In this document: positions 26,806-37,071 of the stretch, one piece after another | How positions within the stretch are numbered: position 1 is the first letter of the stretch | How the letters are laid out: the number at the start of each line of letters is the position of its first letter | Assembly: GCA_030637025.1 (NCBI GenBank) | Contig: DAOVVV010000004.1 | Span: 1-64,000, forward strand | Source of the DNA: Clostridia bacterium | Lineage (GTDB): Bacteria; CBDUZB01; JAGLHV01 | Reading direction: 5' to 3' | Length of the DNA: 64,000 bases | Translations under genes and position numbers: made by a program | The notes under the pieces: model-generated | Databases searched by the model: none | Told to the model about the DNA's origin: nothing | What the model saw: only the letters and a program-made list of their open reading frames with translations

Positions 26806-27924
26806 TCAAATCTCCATCTCATAAATTCTATATTTCTTATAAATTTCCCCTCCGATAGCCGTATCAAATTGATTGATTAAATCATTATCCTCCAAATTCC
26901 AACCTAACTCACACCATTTATATCCTAATTTAATTATATTCTTTTCTGTTTCATAAGATAAAACAGCAATAATCCCTGCATTCCGGTATTCTTTTTTTAC
27001 TCCACCAAGGATTGAACGAACTCCGTCTATTTTTCTCTTATAATATAAAAATTTCAATATCCCAATCAATCCTAATTTGCCATTTAATTTTTTCAATACC
27101 TGATTAAAGTCCGGAACGGTAACACTCACCCCCACAGGTTTACCCTCTATTTCAGCAAAGAGAACCAAATCAGGAATGGCAATTTGCTTAATATTTTCTG
27201 CAGTCAAATCCATTTCACCCTCTGTCATTGGAACAAAACCCCAATTTTTTTCCCAGGCAGAGTTATAAATATCTTTAATAAATTGAATATCTCTTTTATA
27301 ATTTTTCATATCAAAAGGCCGTACTTTCACCCTTGTTTTTTTCTTTATTCTCTCTACGAGTTTTTCAATGCGTTTAGCAATACCATCTTCTATCTTTTTG
27401 AGTAGAGCATATAAATCTTTTGCTTTCCGAAAACCATATCTCTCCATAAATTCAAGATAATAGGGTTGGGTATAAGACATCATTATTGTTGGCGATTTAT
27501 CAAACCCTTCAAGAAGAAATGCACATTCTTCGTTCATGCTGGGATTTACAGGACCCCTTAAAGTTTTCATCCCCTCCCTTTGGCACCATCTTTTGGCAGT
27601 ATTCAATAAAACTTCAGCAACAGAATAATCCTCAATACATTCAAAAAAACCGAAGAACCCGGTTTTCTCCTGGTGAAAGTTATTATGATTTTGATCAAAA
27701 ATAGCAGCAATTCTCCCCACAACCTCCCCATGCCTTTCAGCCAAGAATAATTCTCTCTTTGCATGCCTCCAAAAGGGATGTTTTTCAGGATCAATTAAAT
27801 TTTTAGTTTCCTTCATTAATGGTGGAACCCAATAAGAATTGTCTCGGTAAACTTTCCAGGGAAATTTTAAAAATTTTTTTAAATCTTTTTTACTTTCAAC
27901 AATCTTAACATCTATCCCGTTCAT
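26806..27924 (-). CDS. YghO-like double-GNAT acyltransferase
   Basis: WVPP, VGRIAA, GFFGFFEC, RGPVNPS, NWGFVP, WNLEDN, KKYRIY. Confidence 0.85.
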   Translation of the reverse strand: MNGIDVKIVESKKDLKKFLKFPWKVYRDNSYWVPPLMKETKNLIDPEKHPFWRHAKRELFLAERHGEVVGRIAAIFDQNHNNFHQEKTGFFGFFECIEDYSVAEVLLNTAKRWCQREGMKTLRGPVNPSMNEECAFLLEGFDKSPTIMMSYTQPYYLEFMERYGFRKAKDLYALLKKIEDGIAKRIEKLVERIKKKTRVKVRPFDMKNYKRDIQFIKDIYNSAWEKNWGFVPMTEGEMDLTAENIKQIAIPDLVLFAEIEGKPVGVSVTVPDFNQVLKKLNGKLGLIGILKFLYYKRKIDGVRSILGGVKKEYRNAGIIAVLSYETEKNIIKLGYKWCELGWNLEDNDLINQFDTAIGGEIYKKYRIYEMEI

Positions 27925-27987
27925 TTTTCTCTCCTTGTCACCCTTACACCCCAGGCCTGTTCAAAAAATATGTAACTACAATTTTTA

Positions 27988-28260
27988 TTAATTTGAACTT
28001 TTATTTTCCTTTAAACTATCCTTTATTTTTAGTTGTTCTTCTATAATTTTTATCAGATCACCAATAGTAATAACCCTTTGAAAATAGTTAGTATCCATAA
28101 TATTAATCCCATACTCATCTTCCATAAACATCAGCAATTGAGCCAAATCTAAAGAATCAATACCTAAATCATCGATGAATTTCGACTCTGGTTTTACTTC
28201 TAATTCATCAATACGGAGTTTATTAACCACAATTTTCCTGACTTGATAAAATAATGACAT
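27988..28260 (-). CDS. Acyl carrier protein
   Basis: DDLGIDSLD phosphopantetheine site, TIGD. Confidence 0.9.
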   Translation of the reverse strand: MSLFYQVRKIVVNKLRIDELEVKPESKFIDDLGIDSLDLAQLLMFMEDEYGINIMDTNYFQRVITIGDLIKIIEEQLKIKDSLKENKSSN

Positions 28261-28359
28261 TTTTCCCTTTTTTCAAACTATTCAAACATTTTGGTTTTTT
28301 ATTCTATTTTTAGATAAAAAAATATAGATTACTTCCCTTGTACGCAAAGACGCAATAAA

Positions 28360-28938
28360 CTATCTTTTTACAATCCCATTAAAAAGTATCTCCATCAATT
28401 TATCTATATTCTTTTCTATTTCTGGTAAAGATGTTTTCACAGACCAGGGATATTCTAAACCCTTTAGTGCAGAAATAATAGCAAATGAAGTCAATTCTAT
28501 ATCACGAATTGCAAATATTCCCTTTTTTACTCCTTCTTTTAGAATTGCTTGAATTGTTGCAATTTCTTCCTGAAAAGTTCTCTCTCTTATTTTTTCTATA
28601 AAAGCATAATGGTCAAGATAATCATCCTTAAGAGCACTGTGGATATTAGCCAACTCGTTGAGGTATTTCATTCGAGTCATTATATATGCTCTGATTTTCT
28701 TTTGCGGTGTATGCTTGTTGTTTATTGCTTCCTGTATTTTTTCTTTTAAAAATCTATTCTCTTTTTCAACAACCTCTCTAAAAATATCTTCCTTGCTCTT
28801 GAAATAATGATATAAACTTGCTTTCCCCATTCGGGCGGCTTTGGCAATTTCATCAACGGTTGTTTTAATTAAACCATATTTGGAAAAAATTCTCTGCGCT
28901 ACTTTAGTAATAATTCCTTTTTTCTCGTTTGTTTTCAA
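28360..28938 (-). CDS. TetR/AcrR-family regulator
   Basis: TTVDEIAKAARMGKASLYHYFKSKEDIF. Confidence 0.93.
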   Translation of the reverse strand: MKTNEKKGIITKVAQRIFSKYGLIKTTVDEIAKAARMGKASLYHYFKSKEDIFREVVEKENRFLKEKIQEAINNKHTPQKKIRAYIMTRMKYLNELANIHSALKDDYLDHYAFIEKIRERTFQEEIATIQAILKEGVKKGIFAIRDIELTSFAIISALKGLEYPWSVKTSLPEIEKNIDKLMEILFNGIVKR

Positions 28939-29069
28939 TTAAATACACCTTTCTAAATATTCGACCATTTTAGTTTTATATTTTAATAATGTCAGATATT
29001 TGACTTTTTGTCAAGAAAAAAATGTTTTTGAGTGTTACCGAAAAATCATTTGGTGAACGAACAGGAATA

Positions 29070-29259
29070 GGGGACGTTGCGTACTTTAGGAACTAATTAT
29101 TATTTATATTATTTCTAATTCGTTTTTAGTTACCTCTTCCCCTCTCCAATATAATTTGTAGACATTCAAGGCAACATTGTTAAGTAGTTAAAATGTCATT
29201 AAGAATACTTTTTTTCTGGAATAATAAAAAAATCAAACCTCTTTGTTTTTTTGTTTAAT
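29070..29259. mobile_element. Tandem partial family B and family C elements
   Basis: ggggacgttgcgtactttaggaactaatt (B), then gcaacattgttaagtagttaaaatgtcattaagaatac (C). Confidence 0.8.
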
Positions 29260-30390
29260 TTAAATTTTTTTCTTTTTCTTGAAGCCCAACAGACCCAAAA
29301 GCCCTGTCCCTAAAAGTAACATTGATGTGGGTTCAGGGATAGGTTGGGTAATGGGAGTCATTAAAAAGGCATGTTCTTGACCATTAATCCATCCATTACC
29401 AATAATCTGACCATTATTATTAATTGCATTAGCAACATCTAATTGCCAATCTGATCCTGAAGGCAATAAATCGTTGAGATCATACATCGTACCATCTTCC
29501 CACAAAAAAGCACTTGCTTCACCCCCGCTCTTTCTTGAAACACCCACCACTTGACCAAAATCATTTATATCAGAAGCACCACTAGAATTATGCCCCTCGA
29601 GAAAACCCAAATTTTGTATTACATCATCTTCCCACAAAAAAGCATAATAGGCATTGGGCCCACCAAAAAGACCAACTATCTGACCCGAGTTATTTATATC
29701 ACTTGCACTAGTATATAAACCACCCTCAAGACTACTTATATTTTTCATTATCCCATCTTCCCATAAAAAAGCATAATATTCGTTGGGCCTAAAATAAGAG
29801 GGCTCGCAAAAACGACCAACTACTTGACCAGAATCATTTATTGCGTGGGAATAAAACCATAAATTATCAGGGTGGTCAATTTCCACCATACCCTCTTCTT
29901 CGTTTTTCCATAAAAAGGCAGTACCCCCTGAATAACCCACAACATGACCAGAATTATTTATATCACTTGCACTGCGATAAGAACTACCACCTTTCAAAAA
30001 ACCTAGATCAGTTATTTTATCATCTTCCCACAAAACGGCATGATGGAGAGTCGAACTAGCACCTGAATAACCAACTACTTGACCAGAATTATTTATTGCG
30101 CTGGCACCACTATTAGATACCCCGTCAAGAGTTCCCAGATTTTTCATTGTCCCATCTTCCCATAAAAAAGCATGATAGAGTCCTTTCGACATAACTCCTG
30201 AATAACCCACCACTTGACCAAAATCATTTATATCAGAAGCACGACTATAACTACTACCAATAAGGGTACCAAGGTCAGTAGTGGTATACTCAGTAATCGC
30301 ATAGGCATTGATGCCGGTTAAAAAAAGTATGTTGGTAATGGCAAAAAAACACACACTTAGTTTTAATCTTGTTTTTTTAGTTTTTGTCAT
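29260..30390 (-). CDS. HAF-repeat extracellular protein with PEP-CTERM sorting signal
   Basis: Repeated ASDINxxGQVVG...HAFLWEDG units; C-terminal IPEPTSMLLLGTGLLGLLGFKKKK. Confidence 0.92.
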   Translation of the reverse strand: MTKTKKTRLKLSVCFFAITNILFLTGINAYAITEYTTTDLGTLIGSSYSRASDINDFGQVVGYSGVMSKGLYHAFLWEDGTMKNLGTLDGVSNSGASAINNSGQVVGYSGASSTLHHAVLWEDDKITDLGFLKGGSSYRSASDINNSGHVVGYSGGTAFLWKNEEEGMVEIDHPDNLWFYSHAINDSGQVVGRFCEPSYFRPNEYYAFLWEDGIMKNISSLEGGLYTSASDINNSGQIVGLFGGPNAYYAFLWEDDVIQNLGFLEGHNSSGASDINDFGQVVGVSRKSGGEASAFLWEDGTMYDLNDLLPSGSDWQLDVANAINNNGQIIGNGWINGQEHAFLMTPITQPIPEPTSMLLLGTGLLGLLGFKKKKKI

Positions 30391-30462
30391 TTGTTCCTCC
30401 TGTTTTGGTTAATTATTTAACAATATTATATGTTTATTATGGGATGGTGTCAAGGACGTCTT

Positions 30463-30694
30463 GGGGACCGTTGTTTAAAGTCTTAAAGTATCAAACATCT
30501 TTTTTTCAAGCCCTTTTTCTTTCGTTATACTTACCTGTCCGCCAATCCTTAAGGTGGATTAGCCCTAATCCACTAATTCAATTCCTAATAACTCCCCCTT
30601 AATTCACATCTGATCTCTTCAGATATTTACTCGGTAAATACACCAATATATTTTTCTTTCCTTCGCGTACTTTAAAACTTTAAGCTACGTCCCC
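30463..30694 (-). mobile_element. Family A element, long form
   Basis: GGGGACCGTTGTTTAAAGTCTTAAAGTA...TACTTTAAAACTTTAAGCTACGTCCCC imperfect TIRs; interior has degenerate codons resembling a transposase C-terminus. Confidence 0.8.
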
Positions 30695-30731
30695 TATTCC
30701 GTTTCTATTCCGTTTCCAATAAAAATCGTTT

Positions 30732-31985
30732 CTACCAACATTTTTCTAGATCTAATACCCTAATAATCCCATCTTTTTGGATTACTGCTATTTTTCTGTC
30801 GTCAATAGGAGAAAACAAAAAGTATTTGCCATTTTTTATGTCATATTTTTTCTTTGAATCTAATTTTACAATTCGTATAAAATCTACGCCATTTCGGATG
30901 AATTTTATCGCATAGGCAATATAATTTCCTTGGGATGAAAATGATAGGGATTGTCTATAATCCCCAAGATACCAGTTACCCAAAGGAGGAAGTGTTTTGT
31001 CTAAACTTCTTAGACTCTTTCCATCGGATTCTGTTACGACAATTTCATATGTTTTACCATTATATCGTTTATATGCTATTTTTTTACCATCGGGCGATCC
31101 TCCAAGTATCAATAAATCTTTAGTATCATTTATCAGAGTTTCAACCCCAGTGTTTATATTTATAGAATATATACCTTCAGAATATATATCTCCATACATG
31201 TCTGCTTTTGTCAAATATAACTTGCTGCGAAATGAGTCAACGAAAAACCAAAGGTTAGCACCCGAGCCAAATTGTTTAAATATCTTCTTGATCTTTTTAC
31301 TTTTAGTATCTATTAAACAACACTCCATAGGAGATCCAATTGAATATATAACATTAAATAATAACAGTCGTTTGTCTGAAAGCCAGATTAATTTACTTAA
31401 TAAACTTCCTTCTTCCGACAACCAAATATAATCATTCAATAAATGAACAGTTTTGTCTTCTAATTTGCCTTCGGCTACATCCAAACAATGTATTTTGTCG
31501 TGACTATGGTCTTTTTTAAAACTTTGAAAAATGTACTTTTTTCCATCAGGGGATACACTAGTAGGGTCATTACTAGAATAGAATTTGATTAATCTATCCG
31601 AAAGAATTTTTTTCAAAACATTATTTTTATAATCAAAAAGATAAATCTCTAAACCATTGCTATAAATAACTTTATTTTGGTCTAAAAATATATCATAAAA
31701 TCTATCCTCTTTCAGATTCAGATTTGTCAATCGGTTCGTTTCTTTTGAGATCGTATCCAATTTCCAAACATCGTATCGAGAGAATGTATCAGTTGCAATA
31801 TAATATATATGGTTACCATCTTTAGACCAAGAAAAAAAATATTTTGCATGTTCACTATAAACTTTTGATACATTATAAAAAAGAACGAGAATGATAATTA
31901 TAAAACAGCCCTTTAAAAAATGGATTTGTTTCACCAACCTAAATCCTGTCACGAAAAATTTTTTAAAAGCTATAATCTTATACAT
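30732..31985 (-). CDS. TolB/PD40-like beta-propeller protein
   Basis: WSKDG, SPDGKK (twice), FSSQG repeats; start set at ATG 31985 because the longer ORF start lies in repeat DNA. Confidence 0.8.
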   Translation of the reverse strand: MYKIIAFKKFFVTGFRLVKQIHFLKGCFIIIILVLFYNVSKVYSEHAKYFFSWSKDGNHIYYIATDTFSRYDVWKLDTISKETNRLTNLNLKEDRFYDIFLDQNKVIYSNGLEIYLFDYKNNVLKKILSDRLIKFYSSNDPTSVSPDGKKYIFQSFKKDHSHDKIHCLDVAEGKLEDKTVHLLNDYIWLSEEGSLLSKLIWLSDKRLLLFNVIYSIGSPMECCLIDTKSKKIKKIFKQFGSGANLWFFVDSFRSKLYLTKADMYGDIYSEGIYSININTGVETLINDTKDLLILGGSPDGKKIAYKRYNGKTYEIVVTESDGKSLRSLDKTLPPLGNWYLGDYRQSLSFSSQGNYIAYAIKFIRNGVDFIRIVKLDSKKKYDIKNGKYFLFSPIDDRKIAVIQKDGIIRVLDLEKCW

Positions 31986-32030
31986 ATATAAAGTTGTTTC
32001 TCCTTTATTTATAGGAACAATGGGGCTTGA

Positions 32031-32119
32031 GGGACGTTGCTTAAGGGGGGTCTTGGGGGACATACTACAATAAGTTGTCAAGAGCATAATTCAATCCTTT
32101 TGTTTTTGCCAATATCCCC
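32031..32119. mobile_element. Stacked element termini (GGGACGTTG, GGGGACATAC...ATATCCCC)
   Basis: Direct reading of the intergenic sequence. Confidence 0.6.
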
Positions 32120-33441
32120 TATTGTCCTCCATATCTATTTGCCCAGATGTTATTCCTTGTACCATCATTTTGCTGCCAAGTAGCAATCGCATTACCATTT
32201 GGATCCATGGCTACTTGAGGAGAACTGGCATTTCCTACATTTGTCTCAATGAGTTCTGGTGTCTGCCAGCCTGTACCTGCTACGTATTTATTTGCCCAGA
32301 TGTTATTCCTTGTACCATCATTCTGATACCAGGCAGCGATAACATTACCATTTGGATTCATGGCCACTTGAGGGGAGCTAGCGTTTCCTGCATTATCTGT
32401 CTCAATGAGTTCTGCGGTCTGCCAGCCTGTACCTGCTACGTATCTATTTGCCCAGATGTTATTCCTTGTACCATCATTTTGCTGCCAGGCAGCGATAGCA
32501 TTACCATTTGGATCCATGGCTACTTGAGGAGGACCGGCATTTCCTGCATTATCTGTCTCAATGAGTTCTGCGGTCTGCCAGCCTGTACCTGCTACGTATT
32601 TATTTGCCCAGATATTAAACCTTGTACCATCATTCTGATACCAGGCAGCGATAGCATTACCATTTGGATCCATGGCCACTTGAGGGGAACCGGCATTTCC
32701 TGCATTATCTGTCTCAATGAGTTCTGCGGTCTGCCAGCCTGTCCCTGCTACGTATCTATTTGCCCAGATGTTAAACCTTGTACCATCATTCTGATACCAG
32801 GCAGCGATAGCATTACCATTTGGATCCATGGCCACTTGAGGAGAGCCGGCGTTTCCTGCATTATCTGTCTCAATGAGATCTGCGGTCTGCCAGCCTGTCC
32901 CTGCTATGTATCTATTTGCCCAGATGTTAAACCTTGTGCCGTCATTATGATACCAGATAACAATAGCATTGCCATTTGGATCCATAGCCAGTTGAGGAGG
33001 AAAGGCACTTCCTGCATTATCTGTCTCAATGAGTTCCGGAGTCTGCCAGCCTGTCCCTGCTACGTATCTATTTGCCCAGATGTTATTCCTTGTGCCATCA
33101 TTCTGTTGCCAGGCAGCAATAGCATTACCATCTGAATCCATGGCCACTTGAGGATAAAAGCCATCTGCTACATTATCTGTCTCAATGCGTTCTGCGGTCT
33201 GCCAGCCTGTGCCTTTTACGTATTTATTTGCCCAGATATACCTTGTGCCATCATACTGATACCATACAGCGATGGCATTACCATCTAGATCCATGGCCAC
33301 TTGAGGAGACAAGGCATTTCCTGCCTTTGTCTCAATGAGTTCTGCTGTCTGCCACTTTGCCTTCTTTTTTCCAACCTTGATATAAATAAAACATACTAAC
33401 AACAGCATTAAAGTAAGTAAAATAACAAGAATTTTCTTCAT
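32119..33441 (-). CDS. Membrane-anchored/secreted protein with 8 tandem ~52-aa repeats (probable beta-propeller)
   Basis: WQTAELIETDNAGNAxxPQVAMDPNGNAIAAWxQNDGTRxNIWANRYVAGTG x8; ~156-bp DNA repeats. Confidence 0.88.
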   Translation of the reverse strand: MKKILVILLTLMLLLVCFIYIKVGKKKAKWQTAELIETKAGNALSPQVAMDLDGNAIAVWYQYDGTRYIWANKYVKGTGWQTAERIETDNVADGFYPQVAMDSDGNAIAAWQQNDGTRNNIWANRYVAGTGWQTPELIETDNAGSAFPPQLAMDPNGNAIVIWYHNDGTRFNIWANRYIAGTGWQTADLIETDNAGNAGSPQVAMDPNGNAIAAWYQNDGTRFNIWANRYVAGTGWQTAELIETDNAGNAGSPQVAMDPNGNAIAAWYQNDGTRFNIWANKYVAGTGWQTAELIETDNAGNAGPPQVAMDPNGNAIAAWQQNDGTRNNIWANRYVAGTGWQTAELIETDNAGNASSPQVAMNPNGNVIAAWYQNDGTRNNIWANKYVAGTGWQTPELIETNVGNASSPQVAMDPNGNAIATWQQNDGTRNNIWANRYGGQ

Positions 33442-33573
33442 CTTTGGTTACCCCCTTATATAATAATTAATAACGCTTATATTCTATCAACTGAGTTGTT
33501 GAAATGTCAATAAAAAAACTTAGTTTTGTCATTTACTTTTTGAAGGAAGGGAACGTTGTTAAGGAGAAGCATA

Positions 33574-33837
33574 GGGGACGTTGCGTACTTTAGGAACTAA
33601 TTATTATTTGTATTACTTCTAATTCGTTTTTAGTTACTTCTTCCCCTCTTCTGTATAATTTACTTATTCCTCTTGAACTCACTTTAAATTCTTTTTCAAC
33701 CCTGCTTCCGCTTAAACCAAAAGAATTTATTCCTAAATTCACAAACAGCTCTTGCTTTCGCTATTGGCATAAATCAATCAATGATATAACAGCAGTTTTA
33801 CAATTAGTCAAGTTACTACACAACATAGTATGTCCCC
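33574..33837 (-). mobile_element. Family B element, complete
   Basis: GGGGACGTTGCGTACTTTAGGAACTAATT...AATTAGTCAAGTTACTACACAAC...TGTCCCC; minus frame reads FVNLGINSFGLSGSRVEKEFKVSSRGISKLYRRGEE (HTH-like). Confidence 0.8.
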
Positions 33838-34041
33838 TATACCTCAAGAGCAGAATAAATTTTAAAATATTTGTATGCTGTCCAAAGTACTTTTTACTCC
33901 CAGCATATTCTTTTGAGCAACATGTGTATAATCATGATTGTTTGCACATTTTTAATAACACCTTTGTCAATTTATACAATCACTGTATAATTATCAAATA
34001 TCAGATGTTTTGTTATCGGGTAACTGAAAAAATATAAAAGT

Positions 34042-34070
34042 TGACACTAATCCCTTTTTTTTCTACAATA
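34042..34070 (+). promoter_or_regulatory. Sigma70-type promoter
   Basis: TTGACA-17 bp-TACAAT upstream of the plus-strand gene. Confidence 0.6.
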
Positions 34071-34264
34071 ATGTATTGTGGTTTTCTGAAAATAGAGCAA
34101 CTGGATAATATATAATGTTAGAAATAAATAATGAAAAAAATATCAATAAATAATTTTGATAAAATCAATTTACTAATTATTGGATTTGCATTTGGTTTTA
34201 GTTTTGGAGTAGCGTTAACCGAATGGAATTGGTTTCCAATCAAAAATGAGCGGAGGAATAATAT

Positions 34265-36274
34265 ATGCACGTTTACACTGTGTTGAGATTATTTATCACT
34301 ATTGTAGGGTTTTCGGCCATCCTGCTTTCCTCATCAGGTGTGTTAGCAGGTCAAAAGACTACAGATTGGTTTAAGGCACAACGTGAGGCTACCGTCATGC
34401 TGATGGAAGGGAAGACATCAATTTCCAAACTGGTAGCAAACCTAAGAACAGCAACACCTGAGAACGCTCAAGATGCTATGTTCAAGGTGAGCGTGCTCAT
34501 GCGTGCGGGTATGAACAAGGAGACCATTGAAGCATTGCGAGAACTCAAAGAGTTTAGTCCTCAAATGGAAAACTATCAGGTAGCCTGTATCTACTACAAT
34601 GCTTGCGACAACGTTTTCTCATGGGATGTGGCGAAAGCAATTGTCGAAGTGTTTGCGGACAATATTTCTGAAATGACATTGAACCGTCTGTTGAAATACT
34701 TCCTAAAGTCGGGTTGGACAGTTGAAAAAGTGGACAAGTGGCTGGATGGTATGCCAAAAGGAACGCAAAATTTCTGGGTCAAGGAGCGTCTGCGCTTCAA
34801 CATGGAACACGGCCGAGGTGAAGCATTGATGAGAGAATTATCGGATAATGTGCGTGAAGATACAGAAGACATTGAAGGAGCTGTTGCCTTTCTCGATGCG
34901 ATGATCTACGCTCGCTGTGCAGGAGACGAAAGGTGGAAACTGTCATGGATGGCAAAGACCTTAAATCCAAAATTGGCGACACAAGCGGAAAAAATCGCTT
35001 CGCGTCTCAAGATATTGGCCAAGTGGAAGACAGCTATAAAATTTTACAGACAGGCCATCCACATACCGCTTACTGAAAAGGAATCCCGAAAACTCGGGAT
35101 GATGTACGCAGTATTTGTCCCGGTTGAAAGGTTGCGGGTCATGTTTGCGGTACACGCACGAGAAGAAATGGCGGAATGTCTGCTCAAATTAGGTAGAAAG
35201 AACCAAGCACAGATATGGATGGTGGAGGCGGCGGACATTCGCGAAAAGCACAACCTTGGTCTCAACGCACTGTTTGCCGGGAAGGTGCAAGCGGAGAGCG
35301 GACAGCGAATCATTGAGGGTCGAATCAAGAAGAAGGAAAAAAAATACGAGGACGATCCACAATATTGGCAGAAACGAGCCCACTACTATTGGGGTCGTAA
35401 TGAACCCGTTCAAGAGGAGGGAGCACTTCTAAAAGGGCTGGCAGTGACGACACCGCAGCCTGAGCTGGAACGGCGTGACAGAGGGAGGTGCGTAGACTGG
35501 CGAACTTCTCTACTGAGTAACTATGCTCATTTTCTAATGCGGGAGAAGCGAATAGGCGAAGCTGTAGCGCTACTCCGAAAAGAAATCAAGCAATCGCCCA
35601 CGGTTTCCGAATCGGCCAAAAGGGCGGCATACTTGCTGGCCTCTGACCTCTATAAGCAAATCAGCGTTGATGACCCAGTGCTGTGGAACTGGCTTACTAA
35701 TCGGCCAAAGTGGGAATATACAGAGGAACGTTTGCTGTGGCGAATGCTGGAGAATGCGAAGCGAGATGACCTTGACAAGTACTTTATCCGGGCAGAAAAG
35801 TGTGTGTTTGGGAAGGATCCAAGCCGGGCGTATACGCTTGGGTGTATAATGAATCGTATGCATTTCCCAAAACGCTCCATTTCCTTACTCAAGTATGCAC
35901 TCGGAAATGGTCTTGACAAAGAACTGAAGAAACGGGCTGTGTTTAAGTTATTTGAATCATACCTGGATACGGGTGACTGGAAACATGCCAAGAAGGTTTT
36001 TCCAGACGCAGCCAAGAGGCTAACAACGCTGAAGGAGTTGTCGAAGTGGTATTCGCGAGTGGCTGTAGCGGCGGCAAAGGCTGGCGCGAAGACCGATGCT
36101 ATGCGCATATGGAGCCGAGTTGCTAACCTGAATCCATTTCAGATTGATGGGATGGAATATCTTATCGAAGCTGGGTTGAGAAAGGAACTGAAGAAATTCT
36201 ACCGTAAGATGCAGAAGGATATGCCATCATCTGAATTTCCAACCAAGGCGTTGATGGCACTGGAGAAAAAATAA
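34265..36274 (+). CDS. Secreted TPR-like all-helical protein
   Basis: 669-aa ORF, signal peptide, TPR-like helices, visibly GC-richer than flanks; GGAGG RBS. Confidence 0.75.
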   Translation: MHVYTVLRLFITIVGFSAILLSSSGVLAGQKTTDWFKAQREATVMLMEGKTSISKLVANLRTATPENAQDAMFKVSVLMRAGMNKETIEALRELKEFSPQMENYQVACIYYNACDNVFSWDVAKAIVEVFADNISEMTLNRLLKYFLKSGWTVEKVDKWLDGMPKGTQNFWVKERLRFNMEHGRGEALMRELSDNVREDTEDIEGAVAFLDAMIYARCAGDERWKLSWMAKTLNPKLATQAEKIASRLKILAKWKTAIKFYRQAIHIPLTEKESRKLGMMYAVFVPVERLRVMFAVHAREEMAECLLKLGRKNQAQIWMVEAADIREKHNLGLNALFAGKVQAESGQRIIEGRIKKKEKKYEDDPQYWQKRAHYYWGRNEPVQEEGALLKGLAVTTPQPELERRDRGRCVDWRTSLLSNYAHFLMREKRIGEAVALLRKEIKQSPTVSESAKRAAYLLASDLYKQISVDDPVLWNWLTNRPKWEYTEERLLWRMLENAKRDDLDKYFIRAEKCVFGKDPSRAYTLGCIMNRMHFPKRSISLLKYALGNGLDKELKKRAVFKLFESYLDTGDWKHAKKVFPDAAKRLTTLKELSKWYSRVAVAAAKAGAKTDAMRIWSRVANLNPFQIDGMEYLIEAGLRKELKKFYRKMQKDMPSSEFPTKALMALEKK

Positions 36275-36320
36275 CGCTAATAAATTACTGTACTCGATTA
36301 AAAAACTGGCGCTTTTTTTT

Positions 36321-36466
36321 GGGGAGACATTGGAGACGTTGCGAAATGATAATAAGAAATTTCCTTATTGACATTTAAACAGCTAAATGATAATAAGAGC
36401 TTTTCTTATTATCATTTCCACTAAAGAATAGTAGAATAAAAATAGGGGAGAAGAATAGGGGACATA
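36321..36466. repeat. Element termini plus palindrome AAATGATAATAAGA-N5-TCTTATTATCATTT
   Basis: ggagacgttgcgaaatgataataag...; 14-bp perfect inverted repeat at about 36385-36417; ataggggacatac at the right. Confidence 0.65.
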
Positions 36467-36847
36467 CTACATTAATATCTTTGAAATCTCATTTAGAATA
36501 TCCTGGACATCAAAAGGTTTTGAAAAAAAACTTGATACTCCTTTGATTTTAAGGTGTTCAATATCGGATGGCGACATCTTTTTTCCGGAAATTACAATGA
36601 CAGGCAGGTTACTGATTTTTTCAATCGATTTAAATCTTTCAATAAAATCTTCCCCTTTTTCCCACGGCAGGTTAAGATCCATAATAAGTAGATCGGGAGG
36701 AGAGGAAATTATATAACTTAATAATCCTTCACTGTTAGGAAAACCTTCTACTTCATATCCTTCTGGGATTAAAATTTTTTTTAACATATCTCTTACTCCT
36801 TCCTCATCATCCACAATAAAAATTTTATCTTTTAATTTCTCTTCCAT
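36467..36847 (-). CDS. Single-domain response regulator (CheY-like receiver)
   Basis: IFIVDDE, LLIMDLNLP, VISG, SKPF. Confidence 0.9.
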   Translation of the reverse strand: MEEKLKDKIFIVDDEEGVRDMLKKILIPEGYEVEGFPNSEGLLSYIISSPPDLLIMDLNLPWEKGEDFIERFKSIEKISNLPVIVISGKKMSPSDIEHLKIKGVSSFFSKPFDVQDILNEISKILM

Positions 36848-37005
36848 TATATATCCCTTCCTTTTCGGTAAATTGTCCCCTTCTTTAGATAAATTACCAC
36901 TATAATAGTAGAAAGTCAACGGAAAAGTTCGTTTGCGGAGAGAGAACAGAACAAAGTAACTGGTGAACAAATAGACATTACCAAAGATCCGCCTCTGGAA
37001 CGCAC

Positions 37006-37070
37006 ACGTTGTTAAATAGTTAAAATGTCATTTAGAATACTTTTTACCCCTGAAAAAATAAAGAAATCAG
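37006..37070. mobile_element. Family C element, left part
   Basis: acgttgttaaatagttaaaatgtcatttagaatactttttacccctgaaaaaataaagaaatcag. Confidence 0.8.
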
Positions 37071-37071
37071 A

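Noticed and set aside
32122-33135. 337-aa Cys/Ile-rich plus-strand ORF
   Set aside because: Antisense shadow of the 52-aa repeat gene; no RBS or plausible composition.
34131-34286. 51-codon hydrophobic ORF upstream of the TPR-like gene
   Set aside because: No clear RBS or motif and it overlaps the next start; cannot be supported.
34554-36108. Multiple minus-strand ORFs within the GC-rich gene
   Set aside because: Shadow ORFs expected from higher GC; no recognisable motifs.
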